From sequence record NC_061421.1: a DNA stretch of 64,000 bases, one strand, 5' to 3'. Positions 18,723 to 27,277 of this stretch are shown in pieces. A program made the position numbers and the translations under genes. The notes beneath the pieces were generated by a model that worked only from the letters and a program-made list of their open reading frames with translations, was not told the origin of the DNA and made no database searches. The first letter of the stretch is position 1. Every line of letters begins with the position of its first letter.

Positions 18723-20867
18723 ATGGCAACGCTTGACACAATTACAGATGACAGCTGGACCAGGCAGTCATTTTTATTACCCGCAGACGCCGTGGATGAC
18801 GATGACATTTATTACCGTAATCACTCGGCCGCGTATTTCAAATTTACCGATACGACGCTCGGTGGTAATTGGGCGTTAAATGCCCCTCCCCAACCTTGTT
18901 TATTTTCCGACCCGGTTCTAGACCGTTATGTGGAAATTGGTGAAGGTCAAGGGGCGTGGTATTCCGAAAATATCGATGATAACGCTGTCCTGCTCCATAT
19001 GCGTTTCGGTGTACCTAACTATAACAGTTTAACCAGTTTCTTTGGAAACTTCTACAGTTCTGATGACGCCCGATTAGTGCGTACAGGACGGGCGGCTGGA
19101 ATAGGGAACTTAATTGGCCGGGCGTTGGGTTGGGCCTTCTCTGTCAGACTAATCCCGTTTATCATGACCTTCACCGCTATCAAGTGGTTTACCGGGACAG
19201 TCAGTACTAAATTCTATTACCTTAAACCCACCATGGGCCTGTACTGGAAATACGTCAACGACTTTGCCAACAATATCGCATCCAATCTTGACCTGGCGGC
19301 GAAACCGACAGGTGACTCATGGGTTCGTCTTTCTGAGGCGGTGAACCTTAAAGGAACCACACCGATGTCAGAGTCGGGAGACCCTGGTACAGAATCCATC
19401 GAGTCTGCTGCCAAAACAGCTTTCGAAATCGGGGCCAGAGAGAAATCGGTTTATGACCAGATGGTCCCTGAGCTTTTCCGTTCCGAAGGACTTACTGGTA
19501 TTGATATTTACGCGACAGCCACAAGAGCACAGGCTTACGCTAATGCTTGGCATGAAGCCGTCAATGAAATTGCTGCCCAGAACCAAAGCAATGGTAACGG
19601 GGTAATGTCTAGTGTTTACGCCTGGATGACAGGCGGCGGGGCTACATCTTCATTAAATAAAGCTAAGAAGAAAACGTACGCCACCACGGAAGAGTTCCTC
19701 AATGCTTATTTGAAAGACCCGGATGGTCGTTTAAGTGAATCTCCTGCAAACGGATCAGCTGACACAAACAACGCAGAAGTTAATACCACCGCACAACCGA
19801 CTGCGACCACTACGGATACAAACGGCAACGCAATCTCTGCTGCGGGAGAAAACGGAACAGAAGAGACACAGATGGGGGTCATTGAACAGGCTTACGAGAG
19901 CGTGAAGGATTACTTCACCGATGAGGTCATTGGTCGTGCTTACGCAACCTTTAAGGCCGCTCAGCGAGACGGTAGTCAGTGGTTAACACTCCGTATCGAC
20001 GGAAGGGAAGCCGCCAGCGAATCTTTCTCTAACAGTACGCGAGAATCGGATATCCAATCTACGATTAACAGTACTTCTTCTCGTGCGGCGAGTATGCGAT
20101 TCAGCATGGCCCAAGGCAACTTTGTCGGTATCCCCGGAATGCAACAGATCATGGATACGGTCAAAGACATTGCTGGCGGAGTCATGGACTCTTTGCACAT
20201 CTCGGGTGTCGGGGCAATAGCAGGGAACGCGTTTGTTGATATTCCTAAACACTACGACAGTTCCTCTGCAACATTTAACCAAATGTCCGTTACCATTCCA
20301 CTACGGGCGTGGGCAGCCGATAACTTCAACCGTTTCCAGTGTGAAATTCTTCCCCTTATTACCATGCTCGTGGGTGCCTTACCAAGAGCAACGGGGACAG
20401 GTTCCTACACTGCACCCTTTATCGGTGAGTTCTACTGCCAAGGTCGTTGCTCTATTCCGTTGGGGATGATTACCGCGATCGACATTACTCGTGGGACATC
20501 CAATATGCCCTGGACAAGTAAAGGCGAGTACTTAGGAATCGATGTTCGTCTCACGATCAGCGACATGTCCTCTGTTGCAGCAATGAACCTGAACGAGGCA
20601 TTTGGGTTACGAAACTTTGATCCGACTACCTGGAACCGTTTACTGTTCCCTCAGGATTCTTCGTTTGAAATGTACACTAACGTTTTATCTAGTTTAGGGT
20701 TGCAGGATCAGATCTACATGCTTCCACGATTCAAGCGAAACTGGAACCGTGTAGTAACAAGTTTCGATAAGTTCTTCTCGTACTCTAACGTAGCGAATAC
20801 GATTTTCAGCGGCAACATGGGAGGATTAATTTTATCTGCCCTGAGTAAAACCGACCGCGGTCTATAA
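18723..20867 (+). CDS. Baseplate hub/tail-tube initiator protein (phiKZ gp182 type)
   Basis: Follows the tape measure gene; ATG at 18723 has a GGAG SD, while the ORF-track start at 18672 lies upstream of the terminator; C-terminal FVDIPKHYDSS...GMITAIDITRG hub-like domain. Confidence 0.7.
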   Translation: MATLDTITDDSWTRQSFLLPADAVDDDDIYYRNHSAAYFKFTDTTLGGNWALNAPPQPCLFSDPVLDRYVEIGEGQGAWYSENIDDNAVLLHMRFGVPNYNSLTSFFGNFYSSDDARLVRTGRAAGIGNLIGRALGWAFSVRLIPFIMTFTAIKWFTGTVSTKFYYLKPTMGLYWKYVNDFANNIASNLDLAAKPTGDSWVRLSEAVNLKGTTPMSESGDPGTESIESAAKTAFEIGAREKSVYDQMVPELFRSEGLTGIDIYATATRAQAYANAWHEAVNEIAAQNQSNGNGVMSSVYAWMTGGGATSSLNKAKKKTYATTEEFLNAYLKDPDGRLSESPANGSADTNNAEVNTTAQPTATTTDTNGNAISAAGENGTEETQMGVIEQAYESVKDYFTDEVIGRAYATFKAAQRDGSQWLTLRIDGREAASESFSNSTRESDIQSTINSTSSRAASMRFSMAQGNFVGIPGMQQIMDTVKDIAGGVMDSLHISGVGAIAGNAFVDIPKHYDSSSATFNQMSVTIPLRAWAADNFNRFQCEILPLITMLVGALPRATGTGSYTAPFIGEFYCQGRCSIPLGMITAIDITRGTSNMPWTSKGEYLGIDVRLTISDMSSVAAMNLNEAFGLRNFDPTTWNRLLFPQDSSFEMYTNVLSSLGLQDQIYMLPRFKRNWNRVVTSFDKFFSYSNVANTIFSGNMGGLILSALSKTDRGL

Positions 20868-20875
20868 ACAAAAAA

Positions 20876-20910
20876 AAAAGAGAGAGAGGGATTTACCCTC
20901 TCTCTCTTTT
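20876..20910. terminator. Bidirectional terminator at a convergent junction
   Basis: AAAAGAGAGAGAGGG-ATTTA-CCCTCTCTCTCTTTT. Confidence 0.8.
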
Positions 20911-21253
20911 ATACAGTTTCTGGGTGTTCTTTTTTAGCTCGGCGTTCCAGGATGACTGATACGCTATCGCCCCGGAATAATGAAGACTGAGTACTGCGGT
21001 AATTTAATCGGTACCGATCAACAATCTCGCGCAAAGATAAGAGTTCATCGTTGACCTGATAACGACGTTTCTTGAATCCAACCGGATTTAAGAAGAGTGA
21101 CCCGACATCTTTTAGTCCTGGGTTTTTAATCAATGCTCGTTTGATTCTCTGATATACCGTGATTCTTTTCATACCGGTTATTTCAACAATTTCCGGTACT
21201 GTCCGGTCGACCCCATTAAAACGGTATTTAGGTTGATTTTTTCCTGCTGGCAT
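20909..21253 (-). CDS. Small basic protein with two HTH-like repeats resembling the DNA-binding tails of HNH homing endonucleases
   Basis: YRFNGVDRTVPEIVEITGMKRITVYQRIKR and YQVNDELLSLREIVDRYRLNYRSTQSSL; no HNH catalytic motif. Confidence 0.55.
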   Translation of the reverse strand: MPAGKNQPKYRFNGVDRTVPEIVEITGMKRITVYQRIKRALIKNPGLKDVGSLFLNPVGFKKRRYQVNDELLSLREIVDRYRLNYRSTQSSLFRGDSVSVILERRAKKEHPETV

Positions 21254-21306
21254 AGGTTGTTCCTTTTTCTTTTGCGTCTACAAAAATAAAAAAGACTGTG
21301 GAAATA

Positions 21307-21334
21307 GAATAGAGAGCGCGTGCGCTCTCTATTC
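21307..21334 (-). terminator. Hairpin after the 355-aa gene
   Basis: GAATAGAGAGCGC-GT-GCGCTCTCTATTC. Confidence 0.7.
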
Positions 21335-21336
21335 CC

Positions 21337-22404
21337 TTATGCCAGTGCAATATACGAGTATTGTTGTTTTGCCAGGGTCAATATGTCGTTATCGCTATAG
21401 TGTTGGACAACGGCGATTTGATACGCGTACTCCGGTAAAGTGTTCAATACTGTTTTGGCATTACTGGAGATACTCCGGAAGACATCTAGTCGATGACCTG
21501 TCGGTGTGAATTGGGAACTATTCCACCGTGGGTCAATCATAGCTAAAACTGTTACCAGTTCAGTGGCATAGCTGCTGTAGCTATTAGCGTCCACAACTTT
21601 ACCGAACTTATAATTTTGCAAAACCTGTTGAACCGCATCAGGGGCTTTCTGAAGAATGTACGTCCCACCCAATGACTCAACCATCGTTTTGACAAGGGTG
21701 AGGTTCCCTGATGCCAGAACTGTCGGTAGGCTGTCCCCCATGGCTGCAGTGAGAGTTGGATTACTGGAATCACTACTGTAAACTGAAGAGACTACATTAG
21801 ACAGCCCCAAATATGCCGCCTGTTGCAATATAGAGGACTTTAACGCAGTGATCGATAGTTTGTCTTCTAAGTTCTGGAACGTGTACTCTGTGCTATTCAG
21901 GAGTGTTTTAACGCTATTGATCAAATTATTAGCGCCCAGTATATCACCTGCCGAATTTAACTGGTAAACAGCGCCATTGATATCGTTAAACGTACTGTCG
22001 ACCGTATTATTGATTTCTTGTAGGGTTGATGTCGCACCGTTGATGACCTCGTCGGAAATCCCTTTCACAGTGGAAATAGACTGACCGATCTCGTTACTTA
22101 ACTGGGAAGTAAACGCTGTAACATCTTGTTTGACCTGACTGGCTTGAGTTAAGAGGTCATTTAATGACCCTAGGTCGCTGATCTTGGTATTCAGGAGATA
22201 GTTTTTAGTATCTGACAATTTCCCTAGTAACGTGTTTTTCATGTTACTGAGAACATTGGCGGTGGTCTTCCCATAACCGTCCACTGCCACCATGGAATCT
22301 TTAACCCCAGTTGCTACCAACGAACTTTGGGTCTGTGCGGCGGCTTTTGCGGTGCTCGCTGAGTTACTCAACGTATCAACGAAGTTACTGACGTCTAACG
22401 CCAT
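21337..22404 (-). CDS. Hypothetical virion (tail-associated?) protein, Ser/Thr/Ala/Gln-rich helical N-terminus
   Basis: 355-aa ORF with SD AGGGG; conserved position near the tape measure/hub genes (recalled synteny). Confidence 0.65.
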   Translation of the reverse strand: MALDVSNFVDTLSNSASTAKAAAQTQSSLVATGVKDSMVAVDGYGKTTANVLSNMKNTLLGKLSDTKNYLLNTKISDLGSLNDLLTQASQVKQDVTAFTSQLSNEIGQSISTVKGISDEVINGATSTLQEINNTVDSTFNDINGAVYQLNSAGDILGANNLINSVKTLLNSTEYTFQNLEDKLSITALKSSILQQAAYLGLSNVVSSVYSSDSSNPTLTAAMGDSLPTVLASGNLTLVKTMVESLGGTYILQKAPDAVQQVLQNYKFGKVVDANSYSSYATELVTVLAMIDPRWNSSQFTPTGHRLDVFRSISSNAKTVLNTLPEYAYQIAVVQHYSDNDILTLAKQQYSYIALA

Positions 22405-22688
22405 AAATCCCCCTTAGAAAAAACAAACTGTATCCGCTCCCAGAATGTCTTTGGTTGACGTTGACGTAATTCTCTCAACCCGTGACTATAAAACTTACTG
22501 GCGGCGATGGCGATAAACTCGATCTTCTCTTCCTTAGAAAAGATTGTTGTGAAAATACGAGCATTCAATTGCTCTAGAAAATACACTGCGTCGTCCTCAG
22601 AGTGACTGTCTTCCTGGAAAAAGAGCTCAATATCCTCTTCGATGCTACGGAGTAGATTTTTTACAGCAGTTGAATTTAAATCCGACAT
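22395..22688 (-). CDS. Hypothetical protein, 97 aa
   Basis: GGAG SD; overlaps the next gene by 10 nt. Confidence 0.65.
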   Translation of the reverse strand: MSDLNSTAVKNLLRSIEEDIELFFQEDSHSEDDAVYFLEQLNARIFTTIFSKEEKIEFIAIAASKFYSHGLRELRQRQPKTFWERIQFVFSKGDLWR

Positions 22689-22726
22689 AGCGGGTACGCT
22701 CCAAAAAAAAATAGATTAAGGTGCAT

Positions 22727-22760
22727 AAAGAAGAACGGTGTCTTTACACCGTTCTTCTTT
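22727..22760 (-). terminator. 15-bp perfect hairpin, followed by TATG on the minus strand
   Basis: AAAGAAGAACGGTGT-CTTT-ACACCGTTCTTCTTT; CATA at 22724-22727. Confidence 0.8.
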
Positions 22761-22769
22761 TAGCTTTTA

Positions 22770-23525
22770 TTATTCCTCACCGTCATCAGAGACTACTAAG
22801 TACCGACCATCCATTCTGACTTCGTGCAAAGTAATCACATCGCCCGGGAACGTCAGTTCCAGTGTCAGATAGATTCTCAGCGGATCGATGACTTTGAGCG
22901 CTTTAGTAAACACCTTAATAGACATATCCGCATTCCGGATTCCACGGTTCAGATTGCTCCGTTCCGTACTTTGTCGGTTCCTTTCTACAAAACCATTCAA
23001 CGGGTCATTCACGTATCGGTTCACACGTTCTGACCAGTCTTCTTCGTCTTTAATCACCTGATGCTTAATGTCCTTGAAAAGACGATGAAGGACATTATAG
23101 CGGGTAGGATACTTTTCGTTATGGTAGTGCGTGTAAAGATCTTCTTCATCAACTTCATCGACGTGGGACGTTCGGGTACCATCACGGTGTTCGAGAAGAA
23201 GGATAAACTTCAAATTGATGGGGCGAATGACTCGCATCCCACGAATGAAGTTGTGTAACGTCATCTCTTGCTTTGCCAGCTCGCGGTTCAGATTGCTCCG
23301 TTCCGTTGATTTACCACGACTCGTCTGTACAACACCGTTTCGTGGATCTTTTACATACTGCGTTAATCTATTATTCCAGAAGATAGACGAGATGTTAAGG
23401 TCATTCCGAACTTCCCGGAACATCAAAGACAACAAGTTCATCGGACCGGTGTGCTCGTTTACGCGGTTGCGGCGTAATTCCTCTGCCAGGCGAAATCGGG
23501 CTGGGATTCCTCGGCGTTTGATCAT
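22770..23525 (-). CDS. Hypothetical protein built from two tandem ~100-aa homologous domains
   Basis: The pattern W..R...YV.DP.NG......STERSNLNR......M....F.......I.P occurs twice. Confidence 0.75.
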   Translation of the reverse strand: MIKRRGIPARFRLAEELRRNRVNEHTGPMNLLSLMFREVRNDLNISSIFWNNRLTQYVKDPRNGVVQTSRGKSTERSNLNRELAKQEMTLHNFIRGMRVIRPINLKFILLLEHRDGTRTSHVDEVDEEDLYTHYHNEKYPTRYNVLHRLFKDIKHQVIKDEEDWSERVNRYVNDPLNGFVERNRQSTERSNLNRGIRNADMSIKVFTKALKVIDPLRIYLTLELTFPGDVITLHEVRMDGRYLVVSDDGEE

Positions 23526-23537
23526 GGAGTAAACCTT

Positions 23538-24056
23538 TTAACGTTGACTGTAATAACGTAGGTGCGCCTCTGCTAAGGATAGCATATCGCAGTGCACACT
23601 GTATAATGAAAGCAGCATTCCTTGATATTGGCTTTTACTGACTTCTTTTTTGATTTGTTCCAGTAGCACGATGTTCTCGACCACCAGAGGAATGAAGTTA
23701 TCAATAAACGCATAATAATCAGCGCGACGCTTTTCCGAGTCAATCAACCATTCGTCCAAACTGTATTTCTCAATCGAACGTTTCAGGTTGTAGTTTTCCT
23801 CGACAGAACGACTCTCTGCTAGATCGTCGTTTATCTTCACGATCACGTCTTGAAGCTCTTTCAGTGTACGGTATAACTCTACGTATTGTTCACGGAAAAC
23901 AACGTCATTTTCATGGCGGTCTCGTAGTTCTGAGACGGCGAGGTACAATTTCTGTATGTTTTCTGTTGTGACTGCATATTTTTCTCCTTTGTTGATGAGG
24001 TGTAACGCAGCGCGAATAACTTTATCGCCTGTGGGTCGCTTAAAGAAGGCAAACAC
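23538..24056 (-). CDS. Hypothetical early protein, 172 aa
   Basis: GTG start with GGAGG SD; downstream of the early-promoter motif at 24144-24159. Confidence 0.7.
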   Translation of the reverse strand: MFAFFKRPTGDKVIRAALHLINKGEKYAVTTENIQKLYLAVSELRDRHENDVVFREQYVELYRTLKELQDVIVKINDDLAESRSVEENYNLKRSIEKYSLDEWLIDSEKRRADYYAFIDNFIPLVVENIVLLEQIKKEVSKSQYQGMLLSLYSVHCDMLSLAEAHLRYYSQR

Positions 24057-24143
24057 ATTCCCTCCTGTTATTGATTATGATTAAACGTTTTAGCGCTTAC
24101 ATAGAAGTAGTTAACGCATCTTTTTAAACAGATTAGGGCGTTC

Positions 24144-24159
24144 TCAATAGAGTGATATA
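24144..24159 (-). promoter_or_regulatory. Putative early (vRNAP) promoter TATATCAC-TC-TATTGA
   Basis: One of three copies of a 16-nt motif; core matches the phiKZ early consensus TATATTAC with one mismatch. Confidence 0.65.
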
Positions 24160-24184
24160 GTCCTAAAAAATAATGGAGAATCCT

Positions 24185-24706
24185 ATGGCTGCTTACGAAC
24201 AGGTCGACGAGTTCGAACCCATTCCCGAAGAAAAAGAAGGGGAAGTTTTAAGTTCCCGTCCTGCTGACGGAATGCCGGACACCCCAGACGAACGGTTAGA
24301 CTTCACCCAGAATATTCGAGCGATGATTATCAATGAGGTAATTAAGGGCGGAAATATTCCTGTTGGCGATAAAGACCAGATGAGTGTGCTAAAAGACGCT
24401 CTCGATGGTATTGATCGCCAAGAACTGGGCAAGAAGAAAATTAGCGCGAAACGAGAAGAGACCGCTGCAAACATCAATAACGTGGCCAAGATGCTGGAGA
24501 AGTTCAGTATGGAGGTTAGCCGAGCAACTAATGGCGCGCCGATGGAAAAAATGTTGGCAGATAAACCTAAGCGCGATCCGAGTGTATTTAACCGCGATGT
24601 CCGCGACCAGTTCCCGGATATTCACGCGTCTGAGCTCGAACTAACTCGCCGCGAAGAGAACAGCGAGGAGTTCTTCGAGCGCATGAAAGAAGAAGACAAC
24701 GAATGA
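24185..24706 (+). CDS. Hypothetical acidic protein
   Basis: ORF 24173..24706; a GGAG SD precedes the second ATG at 24185. Confidence 0.7.
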   Translation: MAAYEQVDEFEPIPEEKEGEVLSSRPADGMPDTPDERLDFTQNIRAMIINEVIKGGNIPVGDKDQMSVLKDALDGIDRQELGKKKISAKREETAANINNVAKMLEKFSMEVSRATNGAPMEKMLADKPKRDPSVFNRDVRDQFPDIHASELELTRREENSEEFFERMKEEDNE

Positions 24707-24708
24707 TA

Positions 24709-24744
24709 ACAAACAGAGGGAAGCGTTTGCTTCCCTCTGTTTGT
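24709..24744. terminator. 16-bp hairpin at a convergent junction (dispersed repeat family)
   Basis: ACAAACAGAGGGAAGC-GTTT-GCTTCCCTCTGTTTGT. Confidence 0.8.
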
Positions 24745-24745
24745 G

Positions 24746-25447
24746 TTAAAACGGGACATTAAAGTATTCAATGCTGATAAACCGGATCGTCCAGGAAGGG
24801 GAAACGTATTGCTCGGATAATTGATGAACATCATCAAGGAGATCCTTAAAATACGCAAAGTCTTCTGTTTTGGGTTTATCCTGGAAGAGTGCAGGGCCAA
24901 TTAATTCTGTGTTTAACAGGTTCACTGCATCCTGAGTGTCGATGTGTTTTTCTAACCATGGGATAATGTCGTAGTGAATAAAATGCGTATATTCACTGGC
25001 GACCTTTTGCGGTGTGAGTTGTTTATCGCTTTGCCGTATCCAATCAATTTTAACCTGCGGGTGTAAAAATACTCGCATGGCTTTAGCAAAGGATGTTCTC
25101 ACTTTCGGTGAGAGTCGATAAGGGTACTCATTCAACGTGATCGCAACGTTAAGTTCAGTTGGCGAAATGCGTGGTCCTTGTTCGGTACCCTCTATGATCT
25201 CCTTGATCACCCCGATGAGCTTACTCCGTTTAGCTTTCATCAAGATCTCACTATCGCGCCCTTGGTAGCGTTTTCTCCACTCCTCTTCCGTGATTCCTAA
25301 CCCTTCCCAGATCACCCAATCTCCTCTTCGCCGACCATAACCTTTTACGATCAGTTCTACTGCTTTTTTAAAATCGATACTCAAAGCAGTGGACATCCGA
25401 GTGTCTAAGATATCATCTAAACGAACATGTACATGGATGGGTTTCAT
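24746..25447 (-). CDS. Conserved hypothetical protein, 233 aa
   Basis: ATGA coupling with the upstream gene; N-terminal VRLDDILDTR is only weakly HAD-like. Confidence 0.7.
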   Translation of the reverse strand: MKPIHVHVRLDDILDTRMSTALSIDFKKAVELIVKGYGRRRGDWVIWEGLGITEEEWRKRYQGRDSEILMKAKRSKLIGVIKEIIEGTEQGPRISPTELNVAITLNEYPYRLSPKVRTSFAKAMRVFLHPQVKIDWIRQSDKQLTPQKVASEYTHFIHYDIIPWLEKHIDTQDAVNLLNTELIGPALFQDKPKTEDFAYFKDLLDDVHQLSEQYVSPSWTIRFISIEYFNVPF

Positions 25448-25920
25448 TGAACAATGTTCTCATCGCTAAAGCTCGGGAAAATGAATCCCAAGGCCATGAG
25501 TGGGAGCACCCACAAATTCGCCTCATAGAGCAACACCAGTTCGTTGTATTTCACCTTCCACATTTGAGCGTCCTCGGGCAACGCCGTCAGACCACTGGCT
25601 TCGTTTGCTACCGGACGGTTAGCGTTGGCGTTAGCAAAACATTCTGCGATTAGCGAGACTTCTTTACGGGTGAATAAAGACAACGCAGTAAATCGTAAGC
25701 CGAAAACGTAATTAACAAGGATGTCTCGACTATGGACTTCGTTCTGCACACTAAACAACTGCTCTTTCGTGACAAGGAGAGGCTGTGCGGTCACCGAATA
25801 GTACTGCGAAACGAATGCGTTAAATGTGTTAATATCCGTTTCGTCTTTTAAGGTGGTTTTAAAGGCGCTAGTATATTGGTGAGCTTGCCCGGAAAGAAGT
25901 TCAATTTCATCTTTGAGCAT
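25444..25920 (-). CDS. Hypothetical protein
   Basis: ATG at 25920 lies just after the beta-C stop at 25925; the ORF-track start 25974 would overlap beta-C. Confidence 0.65.
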   Translation of the reverse strand: MLKDEIELLSGQAHQYTSAFKTTLKDETDINTFNAFVSQYYSVTAQPLLVTKEQLFSVQNEVHSRDILVNYVFGLRFTALSLFTRKEVSLIAECFANANANRPVANEASGLTALPEDAQMWKVKYNELVLLYEANLWVLPLMALGFIFPSFSDENIVQ

Positions 25921-25924
25921 AAGG

Positions 25925-26596
25925 TTATTTATCCAGCGTTGTATCAAGGTGAGCCGTGCGGAGTAAGGTTGCAAAGTTCTTAGTGGCAGTGACGCCCGTT
26001 CCCCACTCTTTAGCGTTTTGGACGGTCCCTTCTCCAGTTAAGGAGATATCTGATTCCAACTTCTGGTTGGCCGCCTCATCTCCGCCACGCACGGAAATCA
26101 GTTCAATAATCCCGACGTCCATCTTCAACGATTCAAGGTTACTTAGTTCCGGGAACGAAATACGTGAACCCTTCGAAGGCCCGGTAACCTGTCCCGTCAG
26201 ATCGTCAACATGGGTGTTGTCATCGGGGATACTCTGTTTGTCTTCGATCATCTGTTGGAGTCGAATTACCCCTTCGCGGATCACCATATACCGCACAGGC
26301 GTAGTGAAAATTTTCTTCGTTTCGGGATCTTCCATTTCTAGATGATGCCAGAACTGTACACCCCAGCGCTCAGCGACTGCTTTAAGGTGAGCGTTATCGT
26401 AAACTGGAGAGGTAAGGTTAGGTAACGTGGCCGATATCATCGGGCGACCTTCCCGAATCCCTTCCATGATTTTATCGAACTCGGTATCGGATAACGACTC
26501 TAAGTCTTTAGCTAACTGCGTGGCGTTTCCGGATCCGGGAAAGAGTTCTTCCATCAACCTTACGCCAATTGCGGTGGCTGCGGCGCGGTTTTTCAT
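25925..26596 (-). CDS. Virion RNA polymerase beta-like C-terminal subunit (phiKZ gp149 / SPN3US gp218 type)
   Basis: RLQQMIEDKQS...DDLTGQVTGPSKGSRISFPE...ELISVRGGD (beta switch-3/region I-like); strong SD AAGGAGGG before the ATG at 26596. Confidence 0.85.
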   Translation of the reverse strand: MKNRAAATAIGVRLMEELFPGSGNATQLAKDLESLSDTEFDKIMEGIREGRPMISATLPNLTSPVYDNAHLKAVAERWGVQFWHHLEMEDPETKKIFTTPVRYMVIREGVIRLQQMIEDKQSIPDDNTHVDDLTGQVTGPSKGSRISFPELSNLESLKMDVGIIELISVRGGDEAANQKLESDISLTGEGTVQNAKEWGTGVTATKNFATLLRTAHLDTTLDK

Positions 26597-26972
26597 TTTT
26601 CCCTCCTTTAGGGATAGTAACACTGCGATAAGAGACGTGGTATTCAGCAATGCGGCGAACCACATCACCGGTCCCTTTTGATTCTCCATCCCAGAACGTA
26701 ACACAATGGGTGGCTGCTGCCATCATTTCAGCATTACGGATGAAGCCGGCGCTTTTCCCTTTATTATCCCAATCCGCTGGAAAGGTCAGACAAGGTATAC
26801 CTCGACGGAGCGCATAAAGAAATGCTAAATAGTTGCACCCTGCGTCACCGCCTTCCAAAATAACAACCTCGTCGCGAGGGAAACGTGCAATCAGTTTATC
26901 CATATGCCGAGCAAAGAGAAAGTAATTACGGTAATGGCGGCAGCCGGAAACCATGACCTTAAACCTGGCCAT
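26508..26972 (-). CDS. YspA/cpYpsA-related SLOG-family protein (DUF2493-like)
   Basis: VMVSGCRHY, EGGDAGC, FPADW...AGFIRNAEM, FWDGESKGT motifs. Confidence 0.8.
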   Translation of the reverse strand: MARFKVMVSGCRHYRNYFLFARHMDKLIARFPRDEVVILEGGDAGCNYLAFLYALRRGIPCLTFPADWDNKGKSAGFIRNAEMMAAATHCVTFWDGESKGTGDVVRRIAEYHVSYRSVTIPKGGKNEKPRRSHRNWRKVDGRTLSRIRKRHAVS

Positions 26973-27259
26973 TATTTACCCCAACGAAAAATAATGTCCG
27001 GTAGTACGTTCTCGCCAAAATCGGACAACCACGCATCAATGCCGTTTTCGGTAGATACGCGGATAGCATTGCGCGACGCTTTAGGGGAAATAGCTTTCAG
27101 CTCCTTTTCCCAGAATTCGTTAATTTCCTGCATCTCAACCCGATTACTGGAGCGTACTCGCTCTTCGTGCTCAAACTTGTTAGTAAACAAATTCGCCACG
27201 CCGTGCGAGTACTGCGACAGTAACATGGTCATGTGGAAACGTGCTTCTTGTCGTACCAT
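26972..27259 (-). CDS. Hypothetical protein, 95 aa
   Basis: GAGG SD; TAATG coupling to the SLOG gene. Confidence 0.65.
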   Translation of the reverse strand: MVRQEARFHMTMLLSQYSHGVANLFTNKFEHEERVRSSNRVEMQEINEFWEKELKAISPKASRNAIRVSTENGIDAWLSDFGENVLPDIIFRWGK

Positions 27260-27277
27260 GTTACACCTCTACACTGT

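Noticed and set aside
24746-25447. HAD-family phosphatase call for the 233-aa protein
   Set aside because: LDDILDT is not a canonical DxDx(T/V), and the other HAD motifs were not found; left as hypothetical.
26597-26704. Longer N-terminus for vRNAP beta-C (and the ORF-track starts 18672, 25974, 35197, 43608)
   Set aside because: Downstream ATGs have clear SD sequences and avoid deep overlaps or terminators.
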